From positions 12,028,001 to 12,092,000 of the forward strand of contig JBHGNT010000005.1 in the NCBI GenBank assembly GCA_043228905.1: a DNA stretch of 64,000 nucleotides, written 5' to 3'. Below are positions 22,552 through 33,446 of this stretch, in pieces. The translations under genes and the position numbers were made by a program. Below the pieces are notes generated by a model. The model saw only the letters and a list, made by a program, of their open reading frames with translations. It was not told the origin of the DNA and ran no database searches. The first letter of the stretch is position 1; the number at the start of each line of letters is the position of its first letter. This DNA comes from Azolla caroliniana (Eukaryota; Plantae; Polypodiophyta).

Positions 22552-25500
22552 TATCGGGGTAGTTGTGGTTCATTCGGCGAAGTCACGGGGACTAAGGTTA
22601 AGGGGGAGTTGAAGGAACTTTTATAAGGCTTGCGCACAAATGTTAGGAAGATTAAGGATAAAAAGAATAAGAGTTTAAAGTAATGTGTGTGAGAGAGAGA
22701 CAAGTATAGAAAAAGCATAGAGACAATGTATGATTCAAGAAGCAAGATAGAGACAAAGTATGATTTAAGGAATTAAAGTATATGATATGAACATGATGTA
22801 TATTACGAATACAAGATTTTACCAACTTTACAATGCTTGATAGCAAGATGAACCCTTTCTCTACCAACTCTTGATTCGAACCCTTGACTCCAACTTGGAA
22901 ATGAGAGGTTCTCCACCCAATGAGCTAGTCTTCTTTACTTGATTGTATTATTTTCTCACTCTCTCCTGATTGATCCCTTTTGTTTTCCTTTCCCCTCTTT
23001 TTATAAGTATTGACATGCATATGGTAATGTGTAGGAGCATGGCATGCATGTAATGCATGCATTACATGTGATGCATGATCGCCATTTGGCGCACATGCAT
23101 TGCATGTGATGCATGATAGCCATCATGCTCATTTGAGCTCCCATGTATGAAAATATATATGGGATAAGTATAATTATGGATATAACTTTAAAACAAATGA
23201 CCTAGCTTTGTGCTTGATATACAAGGTTGAGGGTTCAAGTCCCTCAATTTTACTTAATACAATATTTAAGTTTATTCTTATATAGTGAAGCACATTCTTG
23301 ACAACATTTCTAAAAACAAATAGCCTACCCTAGTGGTATATACATTGTGCTTGGTTTATAAGGTTGTGGGTTCAAGTGTTTGAAATATTATTGAATTCAA
23401 TATTTAAATTTATTTTTATGTCGTGAAGCAAATCCTTCACGACACCCACCCCCTCCTATTTTCATCCCTTGTATTGTTTCCGGAGTAAACACATGTCCTA
23501 CCTTTCGTGGGTCTCTGATCATTGGCTCTGTGGCTGCTTCTTTGATTGCCTTTTCACTATCCCCTGGAAGTGGAGCAGCAATAGGACGAACCTTCTTCTC
23601 CACTGTCTTGTATTTTGTTAGTACATGTGCTTCATGATCCTTTCGAGCAACTTCTTCAATGACCTCGTACATCTTGATTGAATGGACAGGAACTTGGATT
23701 TCGTTGTCTTCTTCCATTGCTTCCAAATGAGTTATTGTATCTTCAAAACTTAATTCTTCAAACATATCCTGAATTTCTTCATCATCCTCTATTAATCCAG
23801 AACACTTAAAGTACTCGAAAGCATTTTGTATTTTATTATTATTTACTTTTAGTATAAAAGTAGCACCATTAGATGAGATTGTACAAGGAATATCTTTATT
23901 TACATTATTATTTATGGGGTTTTCTTTTATGTTCGGGCTATCACAGCCCCTACCTGTAAAAGCCCTATCTAAAAATCCTGGGAAAACTCTTCATCCATCT
24001 CTTGAATTGGATGTTCCCTCAAGCATTCTTTGTTTCTTTCATGGTTGGGCCTCACGGTTAAGAATTGGACATTCTTTCTTCCATCTTGACTCTTGATTCT
24101 CGCGAAAGCCGAACCATCATCAATAACCTTTGTTTCCATCCTCACTGCAGTGATGTAGGGCTGACCAAGGATGATGGGGTAGGTTGATCGATCCTGCACA
24201 AAGAAATGTTGATTCACCGACACATCACCAATTGTTACCTTCACACTAGGACATGCTCCAAATAGATCCTCCGTAGTCTCTGTGGTAGCTCTTATTTTCC
24301 ACCCATGATTCTTGTCGATCGGCCACCGTCCTCGAGCGTAAAATTCCGATGACATCATGTTAATCTCGGATCCATGATCGATCAAAGCAATACATGGAAT
24401 TTGCTGCTCCCCAATTTTTGCAGGTGCCTCCGTTGTTGCTCGAGCCTAATGGTCCCTTGTATAGTGACTCCTATCCCCTTCATGGACGCCAACATCATTC
24501 TGGTTTTTTACACTTGCAGCATTGATGGTGCCACCATACAAATCTTGGAGTGTTGTTGCACACCCTCCTGTAATTTCCTCCGTCACTTGTCTCTTCCTTC
24601 TAATAATATCTATGATAACTTCATGAAATTCTTTCTTTGCTATACCCAACACTTCTCTTAAAGTAAATTCTACCTTACTATTCAGTATTCTTGTTTCTAG
24701 TACCTTTTTTATATCCGTCGTTGTTTCTATGTCTGAGGCAAGCTTGAAAGATGGGCATGTCTTTCCTTTTACTTTATCAGCTTCCTTTGGTTCAGTAGCA
24801 CCCTTTTCCATCTCCCTTCTCTTTTGTTCTCGTGTCTCATGTCTCTTTGTCGGATCAGTTTCCTTAACTCTTTTCCGCTTCTCTTCGACTAGCACATCTT
24901 GTGCATTCACTTGGGCGAATGCTGATAGCGCGTCTACTGGATCATTCCATCCAGTGAAGTTGCGTATTTCATCTCCCGCTCTTTTTAATTCATCCACTCG
25001 AACCTTCCCTTTTCTTGCATAATCCATCACATCTTGCCAAAAGTCAGATCCACCATATGAGTCTTCTATGCGCAACCCTAAGGTTGCCACGGATTGTATT
25101 GCTTGAGTCGTTTCTCTCTCGGCATCTTCCATTAGCTTTTTCATTCCTCCTCGCCCGAAGTTGAGTTGAAGTGGTTGTCGAGTCTCTGTCGAGTGAATCT
25201 TGCCCTCTTGATAGTAGATTTTATTATGATTAAGAGCATCCCTATGCTCTTGACAATCTTTCTTCTGGTGGTCGATACTATCACACCACATACACCTTCG
25301 GACCATTCCACTTCCCTGCCTTGATGAAGTCGAGCTTTGTCCCGATTCTAGCTTCGTCACTTTGATCGACAAGTCTTTCATACCTTTCACCAATTCGTGT
25401 AAGAGTGATTCTTCTACTTTCTTTTCTCCCGACTCGTTCCTTGTTTCTTCATCATTTCTGTCGGGCAACTCCATAAACCATAACTTTCTTTTGCAGAAAT

Positions 25501-27044
25501 GGGCGCACGCCCTTTTCACCTCCTCCCAGTCTTCGGTAAGTCCACTTGGACTATTCTGATCTTCTAAAAGCATTCCCAAGTCCTTCCTATCTTTAATATT
25601 AGTAGCTTGTAGAAACAATATTACTTTATCTGGCACTATTATATTTCTATCTCGAACATTTAGTTGCTCAAATCTTTCCGAAAACTCTTTTAATACTTCC
25701 AAAACACTTAAATGTTTATAAGACTCTACCCAATCCATAAAAGTTCGCCTTGTCATACTTGACATATCGTTGAGGTTGTATTCATTTAGCAATGCTCTTT
25801 CGAAAGTCGCCCATGTCTAATGTTCCCTCTGTAGCTCATGGATCCTTTCTTGTAGCCCAATCGCAGCTATTCGACTAAAGCTATTAATTTTTGCAGCTTC
25901 GTCAACACCATGTTTAAGCATTTCTTCATTATAAATCTTCAGAAATCTTGTTAAATTTATACCTTCGAAGATTCCTACTTGTGCGAGAATATTGTCGACG
26001 ACTTTGTCGATGCTGGCCATCATCCCTTGTTCCCGCATCACTCGTTCCATCATCGTACACATAAGCCTCATTTGCTCCTCCATTTCTCCTCGTCGCCGCC
26101 TTCACGTCGGGTTCACCAAATGTGTCGGGGTAGTTGTGGTTCGTGCGGCGAAGTCGCGGGGACTAAGGTTAAGGGGAGTTGAAGAAACTTAACTTTTAAT
26201 AAGGCTTGTATGGTGATGTTAGAAAGGTTAAGAGTAGCAAGAAGAAGAGTTACGAGTAATGTGTGAGAGAGAGAGACGAGAATAGATAGAAGATAGAGAC
26301 AATATATGATTCAAGAAACAAGATAGAGACAAAATATGATTTAAGAAGGAAGATTGAGACAAAGTATGAATCAAGAAGCAAGAATATTTGATATAAACAT
26401 GATGAAAAAGACAATATTTTACCAACTTTACAATCTTTGATCACAAACTGAACACATTCTCTACCGACCCTTGATTTGAACCCTCGACTTCAACTCTGAG
26501 AGACAAGACACTTCCCCAAATGAGCTAGCTTCTTTGCTTGATAAATTATCTAATTTCTTGCTTTCTCTTCCTTGATTCCTTACCCTATTTTCCCCTTGCC
26601 CCTCTTTATATAAGTGTTGCCATGCATATGGTAATGTATGGGAGCATGGCATGCATGCAATGCATGAGTTACATGTAATGCATGATCGCCATTTGGCGCA
26701 CATGCATTGCATGTGATGAATGATGGCTATGTACGAAAATAGATATGGGATAAGTATAATGATGAAAATGCATTCTAAAATAACTAACCTAGCTTAGTGG
26801 TGTATGCTTGGTGCTTGGTATACAAGGTTGAGGGTTCAAGTCCCTCAATTTTACTTAATACAATATATACCTTCATTCTTATATCATGAAGCACATTTAT
26901 TACACATTTTTACAAATAGATAGCCTAGCCTAGTGGTATGTACATTGTACATCGTTTATAAGGATGTGGGTTCAAGTCTCTCAAATATTATTAAATACAA
27001 CATTTAAGCTCATTTTTATATCGTGAAGCACATTCTTCACGACA
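22552..27044 (-). mobile_element. Non-autonomous Gypsy element D (gag-pro only, tRNA-Trp PBS), nested in Copia E gag
   Basis: LTRs 22552-23444 and 26123-27044, and 4-bp TSD CCGA/CCGG (22548-22551 / 27045-27048). The host frame VFR|KLVRLQY is restored on removal. gag 24446-26083, protease IDHGSEINMMS ~24385; no RT, RH or INT. Confidence 0.9.
26790..26846 (+). promoter_or_regulatory. tRNA-like Pol III A-box/B-box cassette in the D LTR
   Basis: TAGCTTAGTGGT (A box), then GAGGG-TTCAAGT-CCCTC (B box in a perfect T-arm), then TTTT. Further copies at 26926-26982, 23203-23245 and 23326-23380 (+), and 22873-22927 and 26473-26527 (-). Confidence 0.65.
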
Positions 27045-30000
27045 CCGGAAGCTAGTGAGGCTCCAGTACCAGGATGGCTCCAGTATGGCGGAGCACATGA
27101 ATACCTTCCAAGGGCTAATACACCAAGCAACCTCATTGGAAGTACCTCTCGCCGATGAGGTACTCATATTACTCTTGCTTGGTTCCCTCTTGGATAGCTG
27201 GGAGACACTAGTTGTCACGTTGGGCAACACCGGGCCAGAAGGAAAGCAGTTGTCCCTAGCAAGGGTAAAATCAAGCTTGCTAGATGAAGAAGCTTGCCGG
27301 AAGGACCGGGAGTCCGGAACCGATCCGAAGGCCTTGGTCACGGAAGATGACCAAAACCGGGGAGGAGGCCGGTATCGGAGTCCCCAAAACCAGGACAAAT
27401 CGCGGACAAGGTCGAAGTCAAGGGGAGGCCTACTTGCTTCTACTGTGGGAAGCCGAGGAACTTCCAAAAGAACTATTGGCATTTCTGAAAAGAGAAAGAA
27501 ACCAACACTACCGATTCGAAGAAGAGTTCGGACCGGGGAGGCCCGGATTGGAAAGGAACGTCGGCAATTGCGACAAGTGAAGAGGAACTAATGCTCATTA
27601 CCGAGGAGAATGAGTTAAACCTTGTCGGGGATGAGACAACGTGGGTTGGCGAATCCAGAGCGTCATTCCACCTGACACCGGATCGGAAATGCTTCTCATC
27701 CTACATAGCTGGTGATCATGGCTATGTAGGTATAGGGAATGAAGGCACATGCCAAATTATCGGCATAGGAGATGTGTTGTTGACGACATCAACCAGATGC
27801 AAGTTGCTGATGAAGGATGTCCGACGCGTTCCAGAGGTTCGACTGAACCTAATATTAGCCGGTTGGTTAGATGATGAAGGCTACACAGGTATCATCCGGA
27901 ATGGAGTCATGAAGTTCAGCAAAGGGAGCCTAATAGTGGCTTGAGCCTAGAAGGTCAACACATTGTACTTGATAAATGCACGGATACGCAGGGAAGAGGT
28001 GAACGTAGCATCCGACATTGTCGGTGAGCTGTGGCATAAAAGACTATGTCACATGAGTGAGCCGAAGACAATCTCATTCTGGTGAAGGACGTGCAACTTG
28101 AGAAGTGCACTTATTGTCTTGTCGGCAAGAAAAACCAAACCTCCTTCTGGTCAAGACCACCGATGAGACAGAATGCACCACTGGAGTGGGTGCATACCGA
28201 TGTGTGTCAAGTGGACACGAAATCACATGCCGGATTGCAATACTTTGTGACGCTCATAGATGATCACAGCCGGAAGCTGTGGGTCTCACCGTTGAAGACG
28301 AAGGATCAGGTGCTATCCGTCTTCAAGGAGCTCCATGAGAGAGTGGAAAGAGAAATAAACCAGAAGCTAAAGGCAATTTGAGTGGACAATGGAGGAGAAT
28401 ACTTGGGGCAGTTCGAGGAGTACTGTCGGTTGAAAGGAATCCGGCTCGAATTCACCGTGCCGAAAACGCCGGAATTGAACGGCCTGGCTGAACGGATGAA
28501 CTAGATCATGATGGAGAGATTCTGGAGCATGTTGGCACAAGACGTTTTGGGCTGAGGCGCTGACGACGGTGACCTATGTGATAAACAGATCACCCTTAGC
28601 ACCCTTGGAAGGAGACTCACCTCAGAAAGTATGGACCGGTAAAGATGTATCTTACCGGCATCTGAAGGTGTTCGGGTGTCTCGCATATGTGCATGTTGCG
28701 AAGGATAAGAGAGCAAAACTGGATCTGAAGTCCTGGCCATGTATATTCCTTGGATACGACGATGATGAGTTTGGTTACCGGGTGTGGGATTTGGTTGACA
28801 AGAAGGTGTTCTGGAGTCGGGACATAGTCTTCATGGACAACAAGACCATTGCAGAATGGGAGTCGGAGAAGAAGGTGATGAACTCCGGACCATCAAATGA
28901 AAACCGGCTGGAGGGCACAAGGACTTACCCGGTTGAAAACTGGATGACAGTCGACGAACTGGCCGGATACGGACAAGAAACCGAACCGATCGACAAAGAA
29001 AAAGAAGAAGAAGAAGAAGACACCGGAACCAGACAAGATCCCGATTCGGATTCGGATTCGGAACGAACGAAGGAACCGGTTGTAAGAAACCACAGACGAA
29101 GATATCCTTTCCGAGAGAGATGAGCCCCCTGGAGATTTCCGGATGCAGAGCATGTGTTGCTAACCGATGAGGGGGAGCCAAAAAGCTTTGAAGAAGCAAA
29201 GAGGGACACCCACAGCCGCAAGTGGTTGAGTGCCATGCAAGACGAGATGGATTCCCTGCATGAGAACCACACGTATGAATTGACGGATTTGCCGAAGGGA
29301 AAGAGGTCACGCCGGAACAAGTGGGTGTACAAGATAAAACGAGGAGATGCAGGAAACTCACCAAGATACAAAGCCCAGATCGTGGTGAAGGGGTTCCAGC
29401 AGAAGAAAGGAGTGGACTTCGATGAGATCTTTGCCCCGGTAGTGAAGATGACATCCATCCAGACGGTATTGGGCATAGCGGCAAGCATGGACCTTGAGGT
29501 AGAGCAACTGGACGTCAAGACGGCGTTCCTACATTGCGACCTCGAAGAAGAGATCTACATGCATCAACCGGAAGGATTTGAGAAGAAAGGGAAGGAGCAC
29601 CTGGTGTGCCGGCTAAAGAAGAGCTTGTACGGACTGAAGCAAGCTCCCCCGGCAATGGTACCGGAAGTTCGACTCCTTCATGACCGACCAAGGGTACCAC
29701 AAGACGCAGGCCGATCACTGTGTTGTTTGTGAAGAAATTTGATGGAGGAGATTTCCTGATACTCCTCCTGTATGTGGATGATATGTTGATCGTCAGACGA
29801 GACCAAGGCAAGATTCAGATGCTGAAGAAGGCTCTGAACCAAACCTTCTCAATGAAAGCCTTGGGTCCGGCAAGACAGATATTAGGAATGCACATCATCC
29901 TGGACCAGACAAAGAAGCTGTTGTGGTTGTCACAGGAGTACATGACAAAGGTGCTCCAACGGTTCAATATGTCAGAGGTGAAACCAGTCGGATCGAAACT

Positions 30001-31269
30001 TCCGGCAAATTGAAAGTTGTTTGGAAAGCAAAGCTCGAAGAAAAAGACAGAGAAGACAAATATGATGAAGATACCATATGCCTCTGTTGTCGGGAGCTTG
30101 ATGTATGCGATGGTGTGCACCCGACCGGACATCGGTTGCGTTGTAGGAGTAGTCAGCCGGTTCATGAACAATCCCAGAAGAGAGCACTAGAACGCGGTCA
30201 AGTGGATACTCCGGTATTTGAAAGGCACCTCGAGTATATGCCTCTGGTTCAGCTCCGGTAAACCCCAACTTGACGGATTCACGGCTCGGATATGTCGGGC
30301 TGATGCAGATACCGACCGATTTACATCCGGATATGTCATGACTTATGCAGGGGGAGTTGTATCATGGCAATCAAGGCTGCAGAAGACGGTTGCACTGTCA
30401 ACCACGGAGGCGGAGTACATGGTAGCTGTAGAAGCCGGGAAGGAGATAATCTGGATGAAGGGCTTCATCAGAGAGCTAGGGATCCAATAGGAGGAATACC
30501 GGCTCTACTGCGACAGTCAAAGTGTCATCCACCTTGCAAAGAACACGACCAACCATTCCCGGACGAAACATATCCAGCGAAGGTACCACTAGATCCAGGA
30601 GAGAGTAGAAGATCAAGAGTTTGTGCTGACGAAGATCCACACGGAGGATAACGGGTCAGACATACTGACAGCCGACAAGCTAGACACATGCTAAAAGCGG
30701 ATCGGGCTGGTGAGGCATCCCATGCTGGAGTGAAGGGGGAGATTGTTGGGAAATTGGTCCCTCCGGATGGGATCCAGTGATGAATGAAGAGGAGCCGGTG
30801 AGAACCGGAAGAGAAGACATATTTGTAAATATGTTTTGAGTAAGCCTATTGAGGCTATATTTGTAAATAGCCCTATGTTCATATACGTATAAATATGACT
30901 TTGTTGGTTGTATGTTGTTGTCATATTGTTGTAACTGTAATAATAGAGAGCGACAGAGAGAGAGAGTGTGTGTGTGAGATACAGAGCGATACTCTATTGT
31001 AACCGCCGGCTGGTGAAGATAAAGAGCTCAAGGTCATTGTCTCCGAGTCTCTGTTTTGTATCTTTCTCCTATAGTGATAGTTGGAGTCTGTGGGCTCCCG
31101 TGGTTTTTCCCATTCAGGGTTTTCCACGTAAATATCTTGTGTACTCTCTATCGTTGTGTGTGTTTGTGTGTACGTGCATTCACTCTCTATTTCCCATTTC
31201 TGTGTTTCATTCTTATAATTGATTCACGACTCGGTTGTGGCCGAGCAATATTCCACTCTATTCTCATCA

Positions 31270-33446
31270 AGCTCTATTATGTTCTCTATCTCTTACTCTC
31301 TCTGTAAGATTCAAAATATATAAAAAGGACAAGATCATTTCTTTACAATGTTAGGTTATTGTTTATATACTAAGCCCTAACTTATGGACGAGTTCACACT
31401 AGGATGGATACAAGTTGGAAGGAGTCGGCCTTTTATGCCAACAAACTCCCCCGTAAAAGGACAACTCTTTCCTACATGTACAAGTGTTTGGGGTTATCTC
31501 CCCCGTAAGCCTAGATTACAAAATTGATCTAGGTTTATATTACAAGTCGGTTGGCATGTAGCCAAGTCGGTAGAGGTACAATATGTGTCATTTACAGTTG
31601 TTCCGATAAGGTCTTATCTTCTGCTCCTCGTTCGGCTTTCTTTTGCTCAACCACTTATCGTGGTCCCATCTTCGTCCTTAGTGCTTTGAAGTGTAGATCT
31701 GGGAGTGGCTTCGTCAGGCAATCGACGATGTTCACCTTGGTGTCTATCTTCCAAACTTCTAGCTTCTTCTCGTTCACGAGCTCCTGGATGTGATGATACC
31801 GCACCTCAATATGCTTCATCTTTGCTTGGTAGACGGGATTGTTGATGAGGTTTATTGCGCTCTGTGAGTCACAATAGATGGTAAGCGTTGGTCGGTCGAT
31901 TTGGCTTGTAGCTCTGAAGTCGGCAGAAAGTTGGTGCAACTAGATCGCTTCCTTTGCTGCTTCTAATGCTGCTATGTACTTGGCTTCTGTGGTAGAAAAA
32001 GCCGTGCACTCTTGAAGTTTTGACCTCCATGATATCGCACCTCCACCATAGGTGAAGATGTACCATGATGTCGATTTCCGATTATCTGTATTTCCAGCAT
32101 AGTCAGAATCAATGTAGCCTTCGACTTCGGCTAAGGTTGTCAGTCCGAAAGTCAGTCGTGCATCCATGGTCCCTTTCAGATACCTAAGGATGTGCTTTAC
32201 GGCCTCCCAATGCTTCCATCCTGGGTTTGACATGTACCGGTTGACCACCCCTACCGCATAGGCTAGGTCGGGTCGGGTCGCCACCATTGCGTACATGGTA
32301 CTTCCTACTGTCGATGTGTAGGGTATCTTTCCATTGAGCTCTCTCTCCTTCTCTGTTGTAGGAGAGTCTCTGTCCGATAGTCGGATCGATGTCGAAAGCG
32401 GTGTTGGTGCTAGCTTTGCATTCTCCATGTTGAAGTGCTTTAGCACTTTACGGATGTAATCAGACTGGGAGAGTCGAAGAGGCTTTGTCATCCGATTTTG
32501 CTCTATCCTCATGTCCAATATGTGTCGGGCTTGCCAAGTTCCTTCATCGCGAACTTGTCGTGAAGGCTCTGCTTCAATTTTTCGATCTCTACTTGATTGT
32601 TGCCTGCAATCAGCATGTCGTCGACATATAGGATCAGATAGATCCTGGACTTGTCGGCCAGTTCCCGAACATATATACATGGGTCAGAGTCTAATCAACG
32701 GTATCCAAGCTGCATGATGTAGGAGTCAATCTTCTGGTACGACATCCTCAACGCTTGTTTCAAGCCATATAGACTTTTCTTTAGTCCACACATGAGATGG
32801 CTTTCCTCCCCCATCGCCGTGAAGCCTGCCAATTGAGACATGTAGGTGTCTTCTTCCAGATCTCCGTGTAGGAACACCGTCTTTACATCCATCTACTCAA
32901 GCTCAAGGTCTTCGGTCGCCACAACACCTAGTAGGAGTCGAAGCGTGGTCATCTTGACTACTGGTGAGAATATCTCGTCATAGTCGACCCCATATTCTTG
33001 ATTGAATCCCTTCGCGACAAGCCGAGCTTTGTACTTGGGTTTCTTTAAGTCGGATACATACTTGTATCGAAACACCCATTTGCAAGGTAGCAGCTTCCTT
33101 CCAGCTGGTAGTTCGACCAGCTCCCATGTTTGATTCTTGTGAATCGAGTCCATCTCGGATTTCACGGCTTGTAACCATATTTCGGTGTCTAGTGCGGTCA
33201 TAGCTTCTTCATATGTGCTTGGTTTGCCTGCATCTGTGTAGTTGACGTAGTCAAGTATGTTTGCCTTCGAGCTCGTCCAGATCTCTTGAGTGCCGAGATG
33301 TTTGGTTTGGGTCCTTCGATCGGCTCTGTTGGTCGATCAATATTTGTTGAACCATTTGTATCAGGAGTCTTGTTAGATGTCCCGCCCCCAGATTGGGATT
33401 TCGATGGTATTTGGTTAGTCTCCCCAGTGGTTGTTGACTCGGTTCT
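31270..33446 (-). mobile_element. Ty1/Copia element F, 3' part (RT-RNase H, PPT, partial 3' LTR)
   Basis: Minus-strand motifs [37 protein letters not shown] and DCLTKPL. PPT at 31444-31453; the LTR starts TGTTGG at 31443 and is cut by Copia E at 31269. Confidence 0.85.

Larger units (their letters stand above)
22132..31269 (+). mobile_element. Ty1/Copia element E (degenerate; 5' LTR truncated; interrupted by D)
   Basis: 5' LTR remnant 22132-22210 matches the end of the 3' LTR 30744-31269. PBS TGGTATCAGAG (tRNA-iMet) at 22214, gag 22240-22551 plus 27045 onward, integrase VHTDVC ~28190, RT LLYVDDML ~29760, RNase H STTEAEY, PPT GAAGGGGGAGAT 30732-30743. Confidence 0.92.

Noticed and set aside
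26790-26846. A genuine tRNA gene
   Set aside because: No convincing acceptor or anticodon stems; only the A/B boxes and T-arm are present, so it is reported as a tRNA-like cassette.
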